Shown here in pieces: positions 1 to 9,420 of a stretch of DNA of 64,000 bases. The stretch spans positions 1,568,001 to 1,632,000 of the forward strand of contig OZ219866.1 of the NCBI GenBank assembly GCA_964291675.2. Reading direction: 5' to 3'. Source of the stretch: Alphaproteobacteria bacterium. Its GTDB lineage: Bacteria; Pseudomonadota; Alphaproteobacteria; MPNO01. Positions within the stretch are counted from its first letter, which is position 1; every line of letters begins with the position of its first letter. The position numbers were made by a program, and so were the translations under genes. The notes beneath the pieces were generated by a model. That model worked only from the letters and a program-made list of their open reading frames with translations, had not been told where the DNA came from and made no database searches.

Positions 1-641
1 CAGCCGACGGCGCGGCGGGCGCGGCGCTGCTCCGCGCGGCGGAGCGGCTGGAGACGCTCTACATCGCCGACGGCCACCACCGCTCGGAGGCCGCGTCCCG
101 GGTCGGGGCGCGCTTTCTCGCGATCGGCTTTCCCGCCGGCGAGATGCGCATCCTCGACTACAACCGGGTGGTCCGCGACCTCGCCGGGCGCTCGCCGGAC
201 GAGTTCCTGGCGGCGCTCCGGGACGGCTTCGCCGTCGCCCCGTCCGACCGGCCGGTCCGCCCCGAACGCCCGGGCCGGTTCGGGCTCTACTTGGCGGGGC
301 GGTGGTACGGCCTCGCCCTCGAAACGGCGCAGGCGGCGGACGGCGACCCGGCGGCGGCGCTCGATGCCGAGATCCTGTCGCGCGCCGTGCTCGCTCCCCT
401 GCTCGGCATCGACGATCCGCGCAGCGACCCGAGGATCGACTTCGTCGGCGGCGGCCGCGGCCTCGACGGGCTCGCCGCCCGGGTCGATTCGGGCGAGATG
501 GCGGCCGCCTTCGCGCTCCGCCCGGTCTCCCTCGACCGGCTCTTCGCGGTCGCCGACGCCGGGCGGGCGATGCCGCCCAAATCGACCTGGTTCGAGCCCA
601 AGCTCGCCGACGGGCTGCTGTCGCTGCCGCTGGAAGGCTGA
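1..641 (+). CDS. DUF1015 family protein, 3' part (starts before window)
   Basis: YIADGHHR near the window start, ILDYNRVV, and C-terminal MPPKSTWFEPKL motif typical of DUF1015. Confidence 0.85.
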   Translation, partial: ADGAAGAALLRAAERLETLYIADGHHRSEAASRVGARFLAIGFPAGEMRILDYNRVVRDLAGRSPDEFLAALRDGFAVAPSDRPVRPERPGRFGLYLAGRWYGLALETAQAADGDPAAALDAEILSRAVLAPLLGIDDPRSDPRIDFVGGGRGLDGLAARVDSGEMAAAFALRPVSLDRLFAVADAGRAMPPKSTWFEPKLADGLLSLPLEG

Positions 642-642
642 G

Positions 643-849
643 ATGGCGGTGCCCGACGAGACCTACGATCCGATCGAAGGGTGCTGCAACGCCTGCCGCC
701 ACTACGACCCGACCGCCTTCGGCGGGGCCAATTACGGCCATTGCCGGCGCTACCCGCCGGTCGCCGTCGAGACAAGCGGCGGGCTGAAGCGCGGGGTCTG
801 GCCGGTGGTGGGCTATGACGACAGCTGCGGCGAGTACCGCCCGGCCTGA
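643..849 (+). CDS. Small Cys-rich hypothetical protein (68 aa)
   Basis: ATG at 643 just after the DUF1015 stop; CCNAC...GHCRRYPP...WPVV...CGEY. Confidence 0.7.
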   Translation: MAVPDETYDPIEGCCNACRHYDPTAFGGANYGHCRRYPPVAVETSGGLKRGVWPVVGYDDSCGEYRPA

Positions 850-1087
850 CCGCCTAATGTTTCACTTTAATGAAGCAACGTGCCGGGCGTTGAATGGGAG
901 CCAAGAAACGGCGGAATCCGGGCCCTTATGGCCTTTCAGTCACAGGGTGCAGGAAATTCGATAGCTCGATATCAACACTATCTCATCGAGTCGACCCGGC
1001 CATGGACGGCGTATTCCCGGAATTTCACCCCCGAATTCGACAATATCTAGCGCACCGTGATGATTTTCTCCCGTCGCGGTCGATTGG

Positions 1088-1392
1088 GTATTCGTTCGGG
1101 CGAGCCGTGCTGGACCGGACGCTGGGAGGAGGTCCACGCGCCGAATCGCGCAGAAGTCTGGCGTTTGGACGCTCGGAACACGCATCAGGTGGGCCATCTC
1201 CACGGCTCGACCGAACGATTACGATTCCGGCGATCGTCTGCGCGCCGCGATCGCACCGTATTCGTTCGGGCGGGCCGTGCTGTTCCAGCTGCCTAGAAGA
1301 GGTCGATGCGCCGAAATACGCAGAAATCCGCCGTCCTGGCGCACGGAACACGCAGATTGCCGACCGGCTCCACGGCCCGCTCGAACGAATAC
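1088..1392. repeat. Two tandem 135-nt units (1088-1222, 1258-1392), each closed by a ~22-bp imperfect inverted repeat
   Basis: GTATTCGTTCGGGCG(A/G)GCCGTG ... CACGGC(T/C)CG-CGAACGA(T/A)TAC with a compensatory change; shared internal GAGGTC..GCGCCGAA..CGCAGAA and CGGAACACGCA. Confidence 0.75.
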
Positions 1393-1544
1393 ATCGCGCC
1401 CCGGAGGGTCGGCGCCGAACCTCCTTTCCCGGGCCTCTCGCGGCGCCTCCATCCGTGACCGTACCCAAGGGCGTTTGGTCGTGACCGGAGGCCGCCGCGC
1501 GTCCGACCGATCACGGTGTCCTCCGGTCGACTTCAAGCCACGCT

Positions 1545-1775
1545 AGGCGTCATGCGGGACCGCAGCCCGCGGCGGTCGACAATGTTCTAGACGCCGGCGA
1601 TTTCCTCCGCCAGCACCTTCGAGGCGGTGCGCTCGGACTCCGAGCCGACCACGCTCCAGAACTCCACCGTACCCTGCTTCACCGTCACGCGGGTGGTGCC
1701 GTAGCCCGCCTAGGGCTGTTCCGACAAGGCCCTGTCGATCTCCCGGCGGATCGACTCGTCGTCTGCGTCGCTGTC
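1545..1775 (-). pseudogene. BON-domain fragment (C-terminus of a CBS+BON-type protein) with two in-frame TAG stops
   Basis: Manual translation DDESIRREIDRALSEQP*AGYGTTRVTVKQGTVEFWSVVGSESERTASKVLAEEIAGV*NIVD. Confidence 0.6.
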
Positions 1776-1859
1776 AATCGCCGCAGTGCCCGCCGAAGCG
1801 ATGTGTCGGATGATGTTGGCACGGCTGATCGGCCCTACCACATCGCCGTCGTCGACGAT

Positions 1860-1970
1860 CGGCACGCCGTTCCGGCGACCGTGGTCGAGCGGCTAGCCGT
1901 GGATGGTTGCAGCCAGGGACGCGGGCTCGGCGGCACCCTGCTGATAGACGCGATCCGCCACATGGTACGG
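1860..1970 (+). pseudogene. GNAT acetyltransferase (toxin-like) fragment
   Basis: VPATVVERLAVDGCSQGRGLGGTLLIDAIR resembles the acetyl-CoA-binding motif A. Confidence 0.5.
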
Positions 1971-2209
1971 TGGGGCAGACGATCGCCACGATCATGGAAC
2001 TTTGAACCCGCGCAGCCCGGAGGAGGCGGGGCGATGATCAGACGGCGCGTTCATCCGGGGCTGCCGGCATGCCCTCCGTCGGAACGTCGGCGACCCCTCA
2101 TGTCCCGACCGCGAATCATCGGCAAGTCGCTGCTGACCCGGCAAATTGCATCGAAATAACCGGCATTTCACGCTCTCTTACCCTTGATTTCGCGGGGTCC
2201 GTCACCATA

Positions 2210-2226
2210 ATTAGAATGGTTCTAAT
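2210..2226. promoter_or_regulatory. Irr-binding iron control element (ICE)-like palindrome upstream of dps
   Basis: ATTAGAA-TGG-TTCTAAT matches the alphaproteobacterial ICE consensus TTTRGAA-N3-TTCYAAA. Confidence 0.7.
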
Positions 2227-2228
2227 AA

Positions 2229-2738
2229 ATGGGCAAACCTGTCATGTTCCAGAATTTGCATCCCACGAAGATCGACATTCCCGACAACGTGCGCGCAGCG
2301 ATGATCGACGTCCTCAATGCCCGGCTGGCCGACGCCGTCGATCTCTCGAGCCAGATGAAGCAGGCCCATTGGAACGTTAGGGGGCCCGCGTTCATCGCGC
2401 TGCATGAGCTGTTCGATACCGTCCATAACGCGGTGCAGGTCCATGCTGACGATTTGGCGGAGCGCATCGCGGCGCTCGGCGGCACGGCGCGCGGCACCTC
2501 CGCTGTAGCCGCGTCCGCTTCGACCCTGCCCGAGTATCCGACGGAGATCTACGCCGGCAGCCACCATGTGGACGCGGTGAGCGCCGCCCTTGCGGCGTTC
2601 GGCAAGGAGATTCGCGCGGCGATCGCACGGGCCGGCGAGGTGGGCGATGCGGATACCGAAGACCTGTTCGTCGGCGTTTCGCGCGACATCGACAAGAATC
2701 TGTGGCTGGTGGAAGCCCACGCCCAGGCGGAAAGCTGA
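2229..2738 (+). CDS. dps: DNA starvation/stationary phase protection protein Dps
   Basis: KQAHWNVRGPAFIALHELFD, DDLAERI, DKNLWLVEAH ferroxidase motifs; true start may be 2244. Confidence 0.95.
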   Translation: MGKPVMFQNLHPTKIDIPDNVRAAMIDVLNARLADAVDLSSQMKQAHWNVRGPAFIALHELFDTVHNAVQVHADDLAERIAALGGTARGTSAVAASASTLPEYPTEIYAGSHHVDAVSAALAAFGKEIRAAIARAGEVGDADTEDLFVGVSRDIDKNLWLVEAHAQAES

Positions 2739-2875
2739 TCTTCCTCGTCGGAGACCCATCCTGCGCACGTCGCCGGACGTTTACGCAGAACCCCCGACAC
2801 GAGCAATGTCAGAGCCGACAGTGAGGCGATAATTGCCTGCCCGCGCTCATCAACACGCATCGCCTTGCGGTGCTT

Positions 2876-3265
2876 CCAGCCGATACCCGACATGAAGCCG
2901 GACATGACCACGTGAGGCGTGTAGGCCACGAAACGTCCGATCCTCGATACGCCCGGTAGCACCCGCAAGAGGCCCGCCAGCACGACGACCGTCAGGGCTT
3001 TGGAGAGGCTGTCCGCATGGCTGGTCAGGACGACCGCCATAGCGACGCTCATCGGCGCCGTCGGGCCGGATATCTGCGAGCGCGTGCCGCCGAACACGGA
3101 TGCGAAGAAACCGACCGCGATGGCGCGATAGAGCCCGGCTGCCGCACCCATCCCCGAGGCGATGCCGAAACCGACGGAAACGGGCAGCGCCACCACCATT
3201 GAGGTGATGCCGCCGAAGACATTGCCGCGCAGAGTGTCGAGGTCGTAGTTCAGGCGGAACGATAC
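2876..3265 (-). pseudogene. SulP family anion permease, truncated N-terminal fragment
   Basis: VALPVSVGFGIASG...GLY...FFASVFGGTRSQISGPTAPM...VMSGFMSGIG, then similarity stops. Confidence 0.85.
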
Positions 3266-3349
3266 ATCCCTCTCGCGCGCCGCCCGTTATCTCGGGCACT
3301 GGCATCATCCACGGTAGAGGACGCGTTCGCCAAGCGGCTGCACGGGCCG

Positions 3350-4680
3350 GCAGTATTGCGGACGAATCGCGGCGAAGGCTGTGATCTGCGGGGCCGACAC
3401 CGAGAGCGGCGCTGCAGCGAGGCCAGCTCGTGTACTCCCGGACCCGGCAGCGCTCCATGCATCTCTGAAACGCTCGCCCCGCCACGCGGCTTCGTTGCGA
3501 GCGGACGCGGGCATTGGACCGCGGATCCTGTGGTCGATCCGCACCGTGTCCCTGTGCGCCTCCGCGCCGTCCAGGAGCGCGGGAAGCGCGGGTGGGTGCA
3601 TCGTTCACGACACTCGCCGCTTCTCCCCCACGGCGCTCACAGGCTCCGGGTGGGCCCCCTGTCGCGGGACCGGGACTGCGTGCGGTACGCCGACGAGAAC
3701 CGCTCCAGCCGGGAGACCGCTGTCCGCAGGCGCTCGCGCCCGTCTTCGATGCGGTCGATATGCGCGCCGTGGGCCGCGCGGTCGTCGAGGATCGCGCGGC
3801 CCTCCCGCAGCAGGATTTCGTTGCGCTCCAGCCAGATCGGCCAGGAGCGCTGCTCCTGCCGCGGGACGTCGTGGTTGCGCGCGCGATGGGAGATGGTGCG
3901 ATAGCGCAGCCAGTGGCGCTCCACGTCGCGCAGGAAGTCGCGCACCCGGTCGCGCGCCGCGGCGTGCGCCCGGTACTGCCCGACGATCTCCCCGAGACGC
4001 GCGCGCGTCTCGGCGGCATGCGCCTCGCTCCCTGTGAAGGCGGCGAAGCGCTCGACCAGCGCACCGGCGCCGTCGAGCTCGAAGCGATGCTCGTCCTGCC
4101 TCCCGGCCCGGAGGAGGTGTGCGCGCCAGTCGCGCCGGAGCTGGCGATAGGCCGCGTACGAAAGGTCCGGCCCGGGTGCCTCGCTCCGGGCGGGCGTCTC
4201 GGCCGGCGGCGGGACGGGGGCGGCGTCCCTGCCGGCATTCTGGTGTGTCCGCGCAGCGGGCTGGTCGGGACGGGCGGTCTCCGAGGCGGATGCGGTCTGC
4301 CGTGCGGGCTCGGGAGCCGGTTCCCCGTCCCGGCGCGCCCGCTCGCTCTCCTCCTCCGCGTTCTGACGCGCGTGCGCGGCCCTGGCGGTGGCGGAGCGCA
4401 GGTAGCTGCCGGCGCGGGCATGCACGTCGTGCAGCTCCCGCAGCTCGCCGTCGCCGATGCCGGCGCGCTCCGCGAGAAGCCGGTCGAACACCCGGGGCCG
4501 GGCCCTGAAGGACGCGGCCTGCCTCATCAGCGCGCCGTGGCGGTCGAGGGTCTCGCGGAAGGCGGGACTGAGCGCGACGGTCTCGCCCTCGTCCCGGACG
4601 CGCGCGCGCAGCTCGTCGCAGGCCGCCATGACCTCGCTGCGCTCGGCCGCGAAGGCGTCCACGGCCGCGCCATGGCGCCA
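3350..4680 (-). pseudogene. Diverged duplicate of the 3' end of the TraA relaxase plus downstream DNA (copy of ~36400-37722)
   Basis: WRHGAAVDAFAAER...RSRSRDRG nearly identical to the C-terminus of 36680..40744; junction at CATGGCGCCA (4680). Confidence 0.9.
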
Positions 4681-4825
4681 CGCGATGCTTGACGGGTGGT
4701 CATGCGATTCCGACCATGCTGGCGTCACCTGCGGCGCGCAGATAGAAATCGAGATGCCGCGCTCGTCAGGATCGCTTCCGCGCTGACAGCGCTCCTGCTG
4801 CTCGGATTGGCCGCCGGCCTCTCTG

Positions 4826-5314
4826 TTGGAGTCATTGCCATTGAGCAATCACGGCTTCGAACCTGACTTGAGCCTTGCCAAGGCGGAGATTGCGAGGCTT
4901 CAGCTTGAGGATGCCATAGAGCTCTTTCTCTCACGCAAGTGGATTTCGGCAACCACGCTCGCGGGCGCCGCTGATGGGATTTTCGCGGGACTCCTGAAAC
5001 TGCAAGGTACGCCTTCTGTCGCCGAAGATACCTGGAAGGACATAGAGGAAGTTCGGACGGCGACCGGTCTGCCCTACGCAGGGACACGAACGAAGCGGGA
5101 TGCGTTTCGCGAGTGGAACGAGAGACGGAATGCACTCAAGCATCATGATGAAACCGATCAAGACCCGCTCATCTTCAACCCGTTCGACGACGCGTTCGAC
5201 ATGATAAGCCGAGCCAACGCGAACGGAGATCTTCTAGGAGTCGTTGCAAGCAACCGGCAGGATTACGAGAACTGGCTCATTGAGAACGTTTTCTTGATGA
5301 AAGAGCAACCGTGA
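4826..5314 (+). CDS. Hypothetical protein
   Basis: 162-aa ORF with lower GC; QLEDAIELF...SATTLAGAA and RNALKH (RxxxxH, HEPN-like). Confidence 0.6.
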   Translation: MESLPLSNHGFEPDLSLAKAEIARLQLEDAIELFLSRKWISATTLAGAADGIFAGLLKLQGTPSVAEDTWKDIEEVRTATGLPYAGTRTKRDAFREWNERRNALKHHDETDQDPLIFNPFDDAFDMISRANANGDLLGVVASNRQDYENWLIENVFLMKEQP

Positions 5315-5459
5315 GAGACTTCGGGCGAAGGGCCGTGCTGGATGTTGCGAGGAGCGGCCCGGTCCGGCCGCTCACCGAAACCTGCCCCGTCCGCGGTTGG
5401 TCGACATGATCAAGATCGCGCAAGAGCAGTTACGGTGGCGGCCCAAGGGAGGAACGTCC

Positions 5460-5975
5460 ATGCCCCGTCCGATCCTGCCGACCATTGCCTTGGGCCTAGC
5501 GCTCGCGGTGCCGGCCAGCGCGGCCGAGAAGGTCACCCGGCTCGACCGGTTCTACCTGTGGAACTACTGTCGGCCGCTCAATTTGACGGTTGAAGTGCTG
5601 AGTGATGACGCCAGAAAGGTCGGCCTTCGCGAGTCGGACATCGAAACGGCGGTGCGAAGTCGCCTGCGGGGTGCTCGCATTTATGATGAAAAGCGCATTC
5701 CCACTCTCTATGTGAATGTCAACGTGGTCGGCCTAGCCTTTGCAATTCGAGTGGAATTCCAGAGACCTGTTAGGGTGTTGAATGCTCCCTATTGGATCGA
5801 AGCGGTAGAAATGGATCCGGCCCTCGTTAATCTTGCGTCCACCTGGGACACCGGCAGCGTGGGCACCCATGGCCGCCACGACGCTTACATTCTGTCGTCA
5901 GTGTCCCGGCATGTGGACAAGTTCATCGACGAGTACCTGCGGGTGAACGCCGACGCCTGCGGAAAGTCAAAGTGA
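5460..5975 (+). CDS. Exported protein, paralog of 16357..16920
   Basis: GGAGG RBS; signal peptide; ETAVRSRLRGARIYD and FIDEYLRVN-DAC shared with the paralog. Confidence 0.8.
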   Translation: MPRPILPTIALGLALAVPASAAEKVTRLDRFYLWNYCRPLNLTVEVLSDDARKVGLRESDIETAVRSRLRGARIYDEKRIPTLYVNVNVVGLAFAIRVEFQRPVRVLNAPYWIEAVEMDPALVNLASTWDTGSVGTHGRHDAYILSSVSRHVDKFIDEYLRVNADACGKSK

Positions 5976-6296
5976 TACACTACCCGGACTTTTCTCGGCC
6001 TCGATCAGACGTTCGACAAGCCCGAAGGTCGACTTGTAGTCAGCGATCTCCCACGCCTTCGTCTCGAAATGCGCGGGCAAGGTCTTGGGGAAGATATTCT
6101 TCCAGACCGCGTAGTATTTCCGGCACTGGTGTTCCGTGCCGAAGATCTGTCCGTGCGGGCCACAGAGCAGCGCATGGGTGATCTGCTTTCGTCGGCCGTT
6201 GACCTCCTTGGCCTGCTCGATTTGGTGGCTGTTGAGCCGCACCAGGATCACCGACCGCAACGCGCGCCGCCGGCGCCGGCGATTCCGCCAGAACAT
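5967..6296 (-). CDS. Hypothetical protein
   Basis: 109-aa ORF directly downstream of 6307..6870. Confidence 0.55.
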   Translation of the reverse strand: MFWRNRRRRRRALRSVILVRLNSHQIEQAKEVNGRRKQITHALLCGPHGQIFGTEHQCRKYYAVWKNIFPKTLPAHFETKAWEIADYKSTFGLVERLIEAEKSPGSVSL

Positions 6297-6306
6297 GCCC
6301 GATCTC

Positions 6307-6870
6307 TCAATTCAGCAGCGACGGATGCGCCCATGCCTTCCAGGACACGGGTAGAGACTGGGGGCCGAGCTTGCCGGCGTCGTTACGGACGGTGGTTCTG
6401 TAGATCGCCTCGTCCTTTCCGCTGCTCATCGGATAGAGAGCGGATATCCTGACGCGTGCGAGCGGCACGGGCTGCTTGAACAGGGCGATGAATGTCTCGG
6501 CCATGTACCGCTCGATTTTTTGCTGAAGCTTTCGCTTCGAGGCTGTCAGAATTCCGCCCGCTCGGAATTCGATGTCGACCAGCTTCGCGGACCGGGCGAA
6601 GGCGTCCCCTTCGGTCATTCGCCCGGCCTTGATGTCCGGGAGGTATTTCACGAAGAGATTCTCGCCGGTCGGATCCGTCATGGAATCGCGGACGGTCGCT
6701 GCGTCCAGGACTTGGCGCATGACCGAGGACCCGCAGATGACGGCGGCGATCCTGGCACTGTCGATCCCGGTCGCCTTCGACACGTCTACGCGGTCGATGC
6801 AGGCCGCCTGGGCGAGCGCGGGGATGCACAGCAGCGCGGCTGTGGCGAGATATACGTGAATTGTTCGCAT
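6307..6870 (-). CDS. Exported hypothetical protein
   Basis: Signal peptide MRTIHVYLATAALLCIPALAQA. Confidence 0.7.
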   Translation of the reverse strand: MRTIHVYLATAALLCIPALAQAACIDRVDVSKATGIDSARIAAVICGSSVMRQVLDAATVRDSMTDPTGENLFVKYLPDIKAGRMTEGDAFARSAKLVDIEFRAGGILTASKRKLQQKIERYMAETFIALFKQPVPLARVRISALYPMSSGKDEAIYRTTVRNDAGKLGPQSLPVSWKAWAHPSLLN

Positions 6871-7313
6871 TGTCGGGTGTCCGATCCTTTGCTAGATGGA
6901 GACCGCCGAGTCATCGGCATAGTGTACTGATGGCAGCCTCCATCGGTGCGCCAGAGGCGGGGCAACCCGGCACGGTTGCCCTGGCTCGCTTCCAGTCCGA
7001 AGCGTAAGCTCGTCAGGGACCGCCGCGTCACCAAGGTGGCCAGCGTCCCATATTCCGGACTCGGCGGGTGCCGGGCCGGCGTCAACACTTCTCGGAGAGA
7101 AAGTCCCGACTGTTCGCCAGGCCGGGGAGCTACCCCGTGCCGGGTCAAGGGCTGTTCTATTCAGATGCCGTAATGGGGCTTGGCGCTCTGCGGCATCGTC
7201 GGAGCTTGTGGCGATATCGGTGATTCGGGTGTCGTTGCCCTTACACGCTAGGCGTGTTCACGGGGTCTTGCCGCAAGGCGCGCCCCAATCCCTAGGAAGG
7301 AAAGGGCAACGAC

Positions 7314-8354
7314 ATGGAAGTCTATATCGGGCTGGATGTATCGCTGGCAAGCACGGCGATCTGCGTTCTCGGCGAGAAGGGGAAGCTGGTGACGGAGGCG
7401 CGGGTTGCCAGCGCTCCGGAGTCTCTGGTGTCGTTCATGCGCGAGCTGCCATACAGAATCGCGGCGATCGGCCTCGAGGCCGGTCCTCTGTCGCAATGGC
7501 TGTACAAGGGGCTGACCGAGGCCGGCTTCGAGGCCGTGCTGATGGAGACCCGGCAGGTGAAGGCGGCGCTGAAGGCGATGCCGATCAAGACCGACCGCCG
7601 GGACGCGGAGGGCATCGCGCGGCTGTTGCAGATGGGCTGGTTCCGGCCGGTGCACTGCAAGACGGTGTCGTCGCAGGAGATGCGGGCGCTGCTGAGCTCG
7701 CGCAAGTCGGTCTTGGACGTGCTCATCAAGATCGAGCTTTCGCTGCGCGGCGTGCTACGCAACTTCGGGCTCAAGCTGGGTGCAGTCTCGAAGGGCCGCT
7801 ACGAAGCCCGGGTGCGGGAGCTGATCGCCGGCAACTCGATGCTGGAGGCTGCCGCCGAACCGATCCTACGTGCGCGGGCGGCCCTGCGCCGCGAGCTGGC
7901 CGGGCTGGAGAAGCAGGTCCGCAAGCTGGCAAGTCAGGATCCGGTGTCCCGCCTCTTGATGACCATGCCTGGCGTCGGCCCGGTCGTGGCGCTGACGTTC
8001 GTGTCCGCGGTCGACGATCCCGAGCGGTTCCGGAGATCGAAGGATGTCGGCCCCTGGGTGGGGCTGACGCCGGGCCGGAACCAGTCCGGCGAACGCGATG
8101 TCGTCGGCGCGATCACCAAGGCCGGCGACGCCGGCCTGCGCACGGCGCTCTACCAGGCGGCGACGGTGATGCTGCACCGCGGGGGCCCGAACTGGCTGAA
8201 GGCCTGGGCGCTGCGCCTCGCGGTGCTGCGCGGCAGGAAGCGCGCAACCGTCGCGCTGGCCCGGCGGATCGGGGTGGTGCTTCACCGGATGTGGCGGGAC
8301 GGCACCGAGTTCCGCTTCACGCGCGAAGCGGCGATGGCGCTTCGCACGGCATAG
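7314..8354 (+). CDS. IS110 family recombinase (DEDD RuvC-like + Tnp domain)
   Basis: YIGLDVS, GLEAG, KTDRRDA, MPGVGP, GLTP..NQSG. Confidence 0.95.
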   Translation: MEVYIGLDVSLASTAICVLGEKGKLVTEARVASAPESLVSFMRELPYRIAAIGLEAGPLSQWLYKGLTEAGFEAVLMETRQVKAALKAMPIKTDRRDAEGIARLLQMGWFRPVHCKTVSSQEMRALLSSRKSVLDVLIKIELSLRGVLRNFGLKLGAVSKGRYEARVRELIAGNSMLEAAAEPILRARAALRRELAGLEKQVRKLASQDPVSRLLMTMPGVGPVVALTFVSAVDDPERFRRSKDVGPWVGLTPGRNQSGERDVVGAITKAGDAGLRTALYQAATVMLHRGGPNWLKAWALRLAVLRGRKRATVALARRIGVVLHRMWRDGTEFRFTREAAMALRTA

Positions 8355-8439
8355 GCGCGGCCGTGCCGTAGTGGCCGTCAACAGGAAGAGGAAGAGAGGA
8401 CCCCGCCTGAAGGTGGCGATCCAACGGTGTCCCCTCGCC

Positions 8440-8660
8440 GGGACGCGGTTCCCGATGATGCACGTGTTGCCCGCTGTCCGCCGAACCCAATCATTGTGTT
8501 CGAGCACGCTATTCAGATCGGCACTCGGGAATCGCCCTGGACCAGGCATGATGTTGGCGGCCGACGCGCCGACCACGGACGGAAGCAAGAGCCTGGCGAC
8601 GGACACTTCCGGGATCGCGAGCCCTTCTCAAGACGGGAAGCTTTTCCAATCGACCGTCCC
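8440..8660 (+). ncRNA. Candidate bridge/seek RNA of the IS1111-type element
   Basis: CTATTCAGAT (8509-8518) equals the left junction; TCGCCC (8532-8537) is complementary to right-flank GGGCGA; ACGGAAGC (8579-8586) equals the right junction; boundaries approximate. Confidence 0.6.
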
Positions 8661-8889
8661 TGATCCAGAGCCGCACGACCTCCGGGAGGTCGTGAACCAC
8701 GCCTGGGGCGATACAATCCGACCCAGGCGCCGCAGCTCGTGAACGAAAAACCGAACCGAGACGGTCTGCTGTTGAAAATCGTGCTTGACGGGAAACGCCC
8801 CATTACGGAAGCGGGCGACCCGACAGAGCGGGAGCCCTAGAAGCGTTGACCGGGGAGAAGCCTAGCGCAGTGCCGGCAAAAGTGCGCAT

Positions 8890-9160
8890 TTATTGTTGTC
8901 GCCCTCGCCGCCCCCGGTTCGGGATCTCCCGGGTCTCAACGCTGCCGCATTTCCCGCAGTATCGGCCCTCGGACCAATGGATCGCCTCGAACCAGCGATC
9001 CGGCGACTCCTCGTCGGGGAACATGTCCGTGAGTTCTACGATCGAGATACCCTTGCGGTGCGCTTTTCCGGGTGCTTTCTTCGCCATGTCGGGTGTGCTT
9101 TTTGCCCCCTATTATCGTATCGGAGAACACCCGCGCTTTCAAGTTAGATATATAATTTAT
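8890..9160 (-). pseudogene. Truncated IS1595 transposase (zinc-ribbon N-terminus) with a degenerate left TIR
   Basis: MAKKAPGKAHRKGISIVELTDMFPDE..CGKCGS similar to 12511; AATTATATATCT..TTGAA at ~9140-9158. Confidence 0.75.
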
Positions 9161-9420
9161 TTCTTTTTGGGCTCGGGCTTCTTATTAGGCTCGACCTGCT
9201 TGTCTGCGGCCTCCTTGCTATTCTTGGCGTCAGCGGTCGCAGGATTGCCATCGGTTGTGGGAATGGTGGAAGTGGCGGGACTCCACGTCTTGGCGATGAC
9301 AGCTTTGCGTAAAGAGTCGTCGTGCCAATCGACGCTCCCTACACCCATTGCAAAAGCGATAATTGGAAGGATGACCATCACTAAGGCTTTTCCAATGGTG
9401 GCAACCCAATCGGGCATCAC
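9157..9420 (-). CDS. Small membrane-anchored hypothetical protein
   Basis: N-terminal TM; overlaps the stop of 9417..9920. Confidence 0.55.
   Translation of the reverse strand: MMPDWVATIGKALVMVILPIIAFAMGVGSVDWHDDSLRKAVIAKTWSPATSTIPTTDGNPATADAKNSKEAADKQVEPNKKPEPKKK

Larger units (their letters stand above)
7165..8811 (+). mobile_element. IS110 family, IS1111-type element
   Basis: Subterminal IRs CCGTAATGGGGC (7168-7179) and GCCCCATTACGG (8797-8808); AG core at both junctions; long 3' non-coding end. Confidence 0.85.
7081..8850. ncRNA. Structured motif copy A (7081-7164 + 8812-8850), split by IS110
   Basis: Rejoined flanks give GTCAAC..TCGCC..GGGTCAAGGGCTGTTCTATTCAG|CGGGCGACCCGACAGAGCGGGA..GTTGAC, homologous to 15716-15841 and 18067-18194. 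Confidence 0.65.

Noticed and set aside
855-885. AT-rich imperfect palindrome as an att or dif site
   Set aside because: No match to the XerC/D consensus and no partner repeat found in the window
1088-1392. CRISPR array or tandem glycine riboswitch
   Set aside because: Units are 135 nt, only two copies, no cas genes; the glycine aptamer CTCAGG/GGAGA core is absent
7081-8850. Integron attC site
   Set aside because: Only copy A has AAC..GTT ends and B does not; no IntI integrase or co-oriented cassette array
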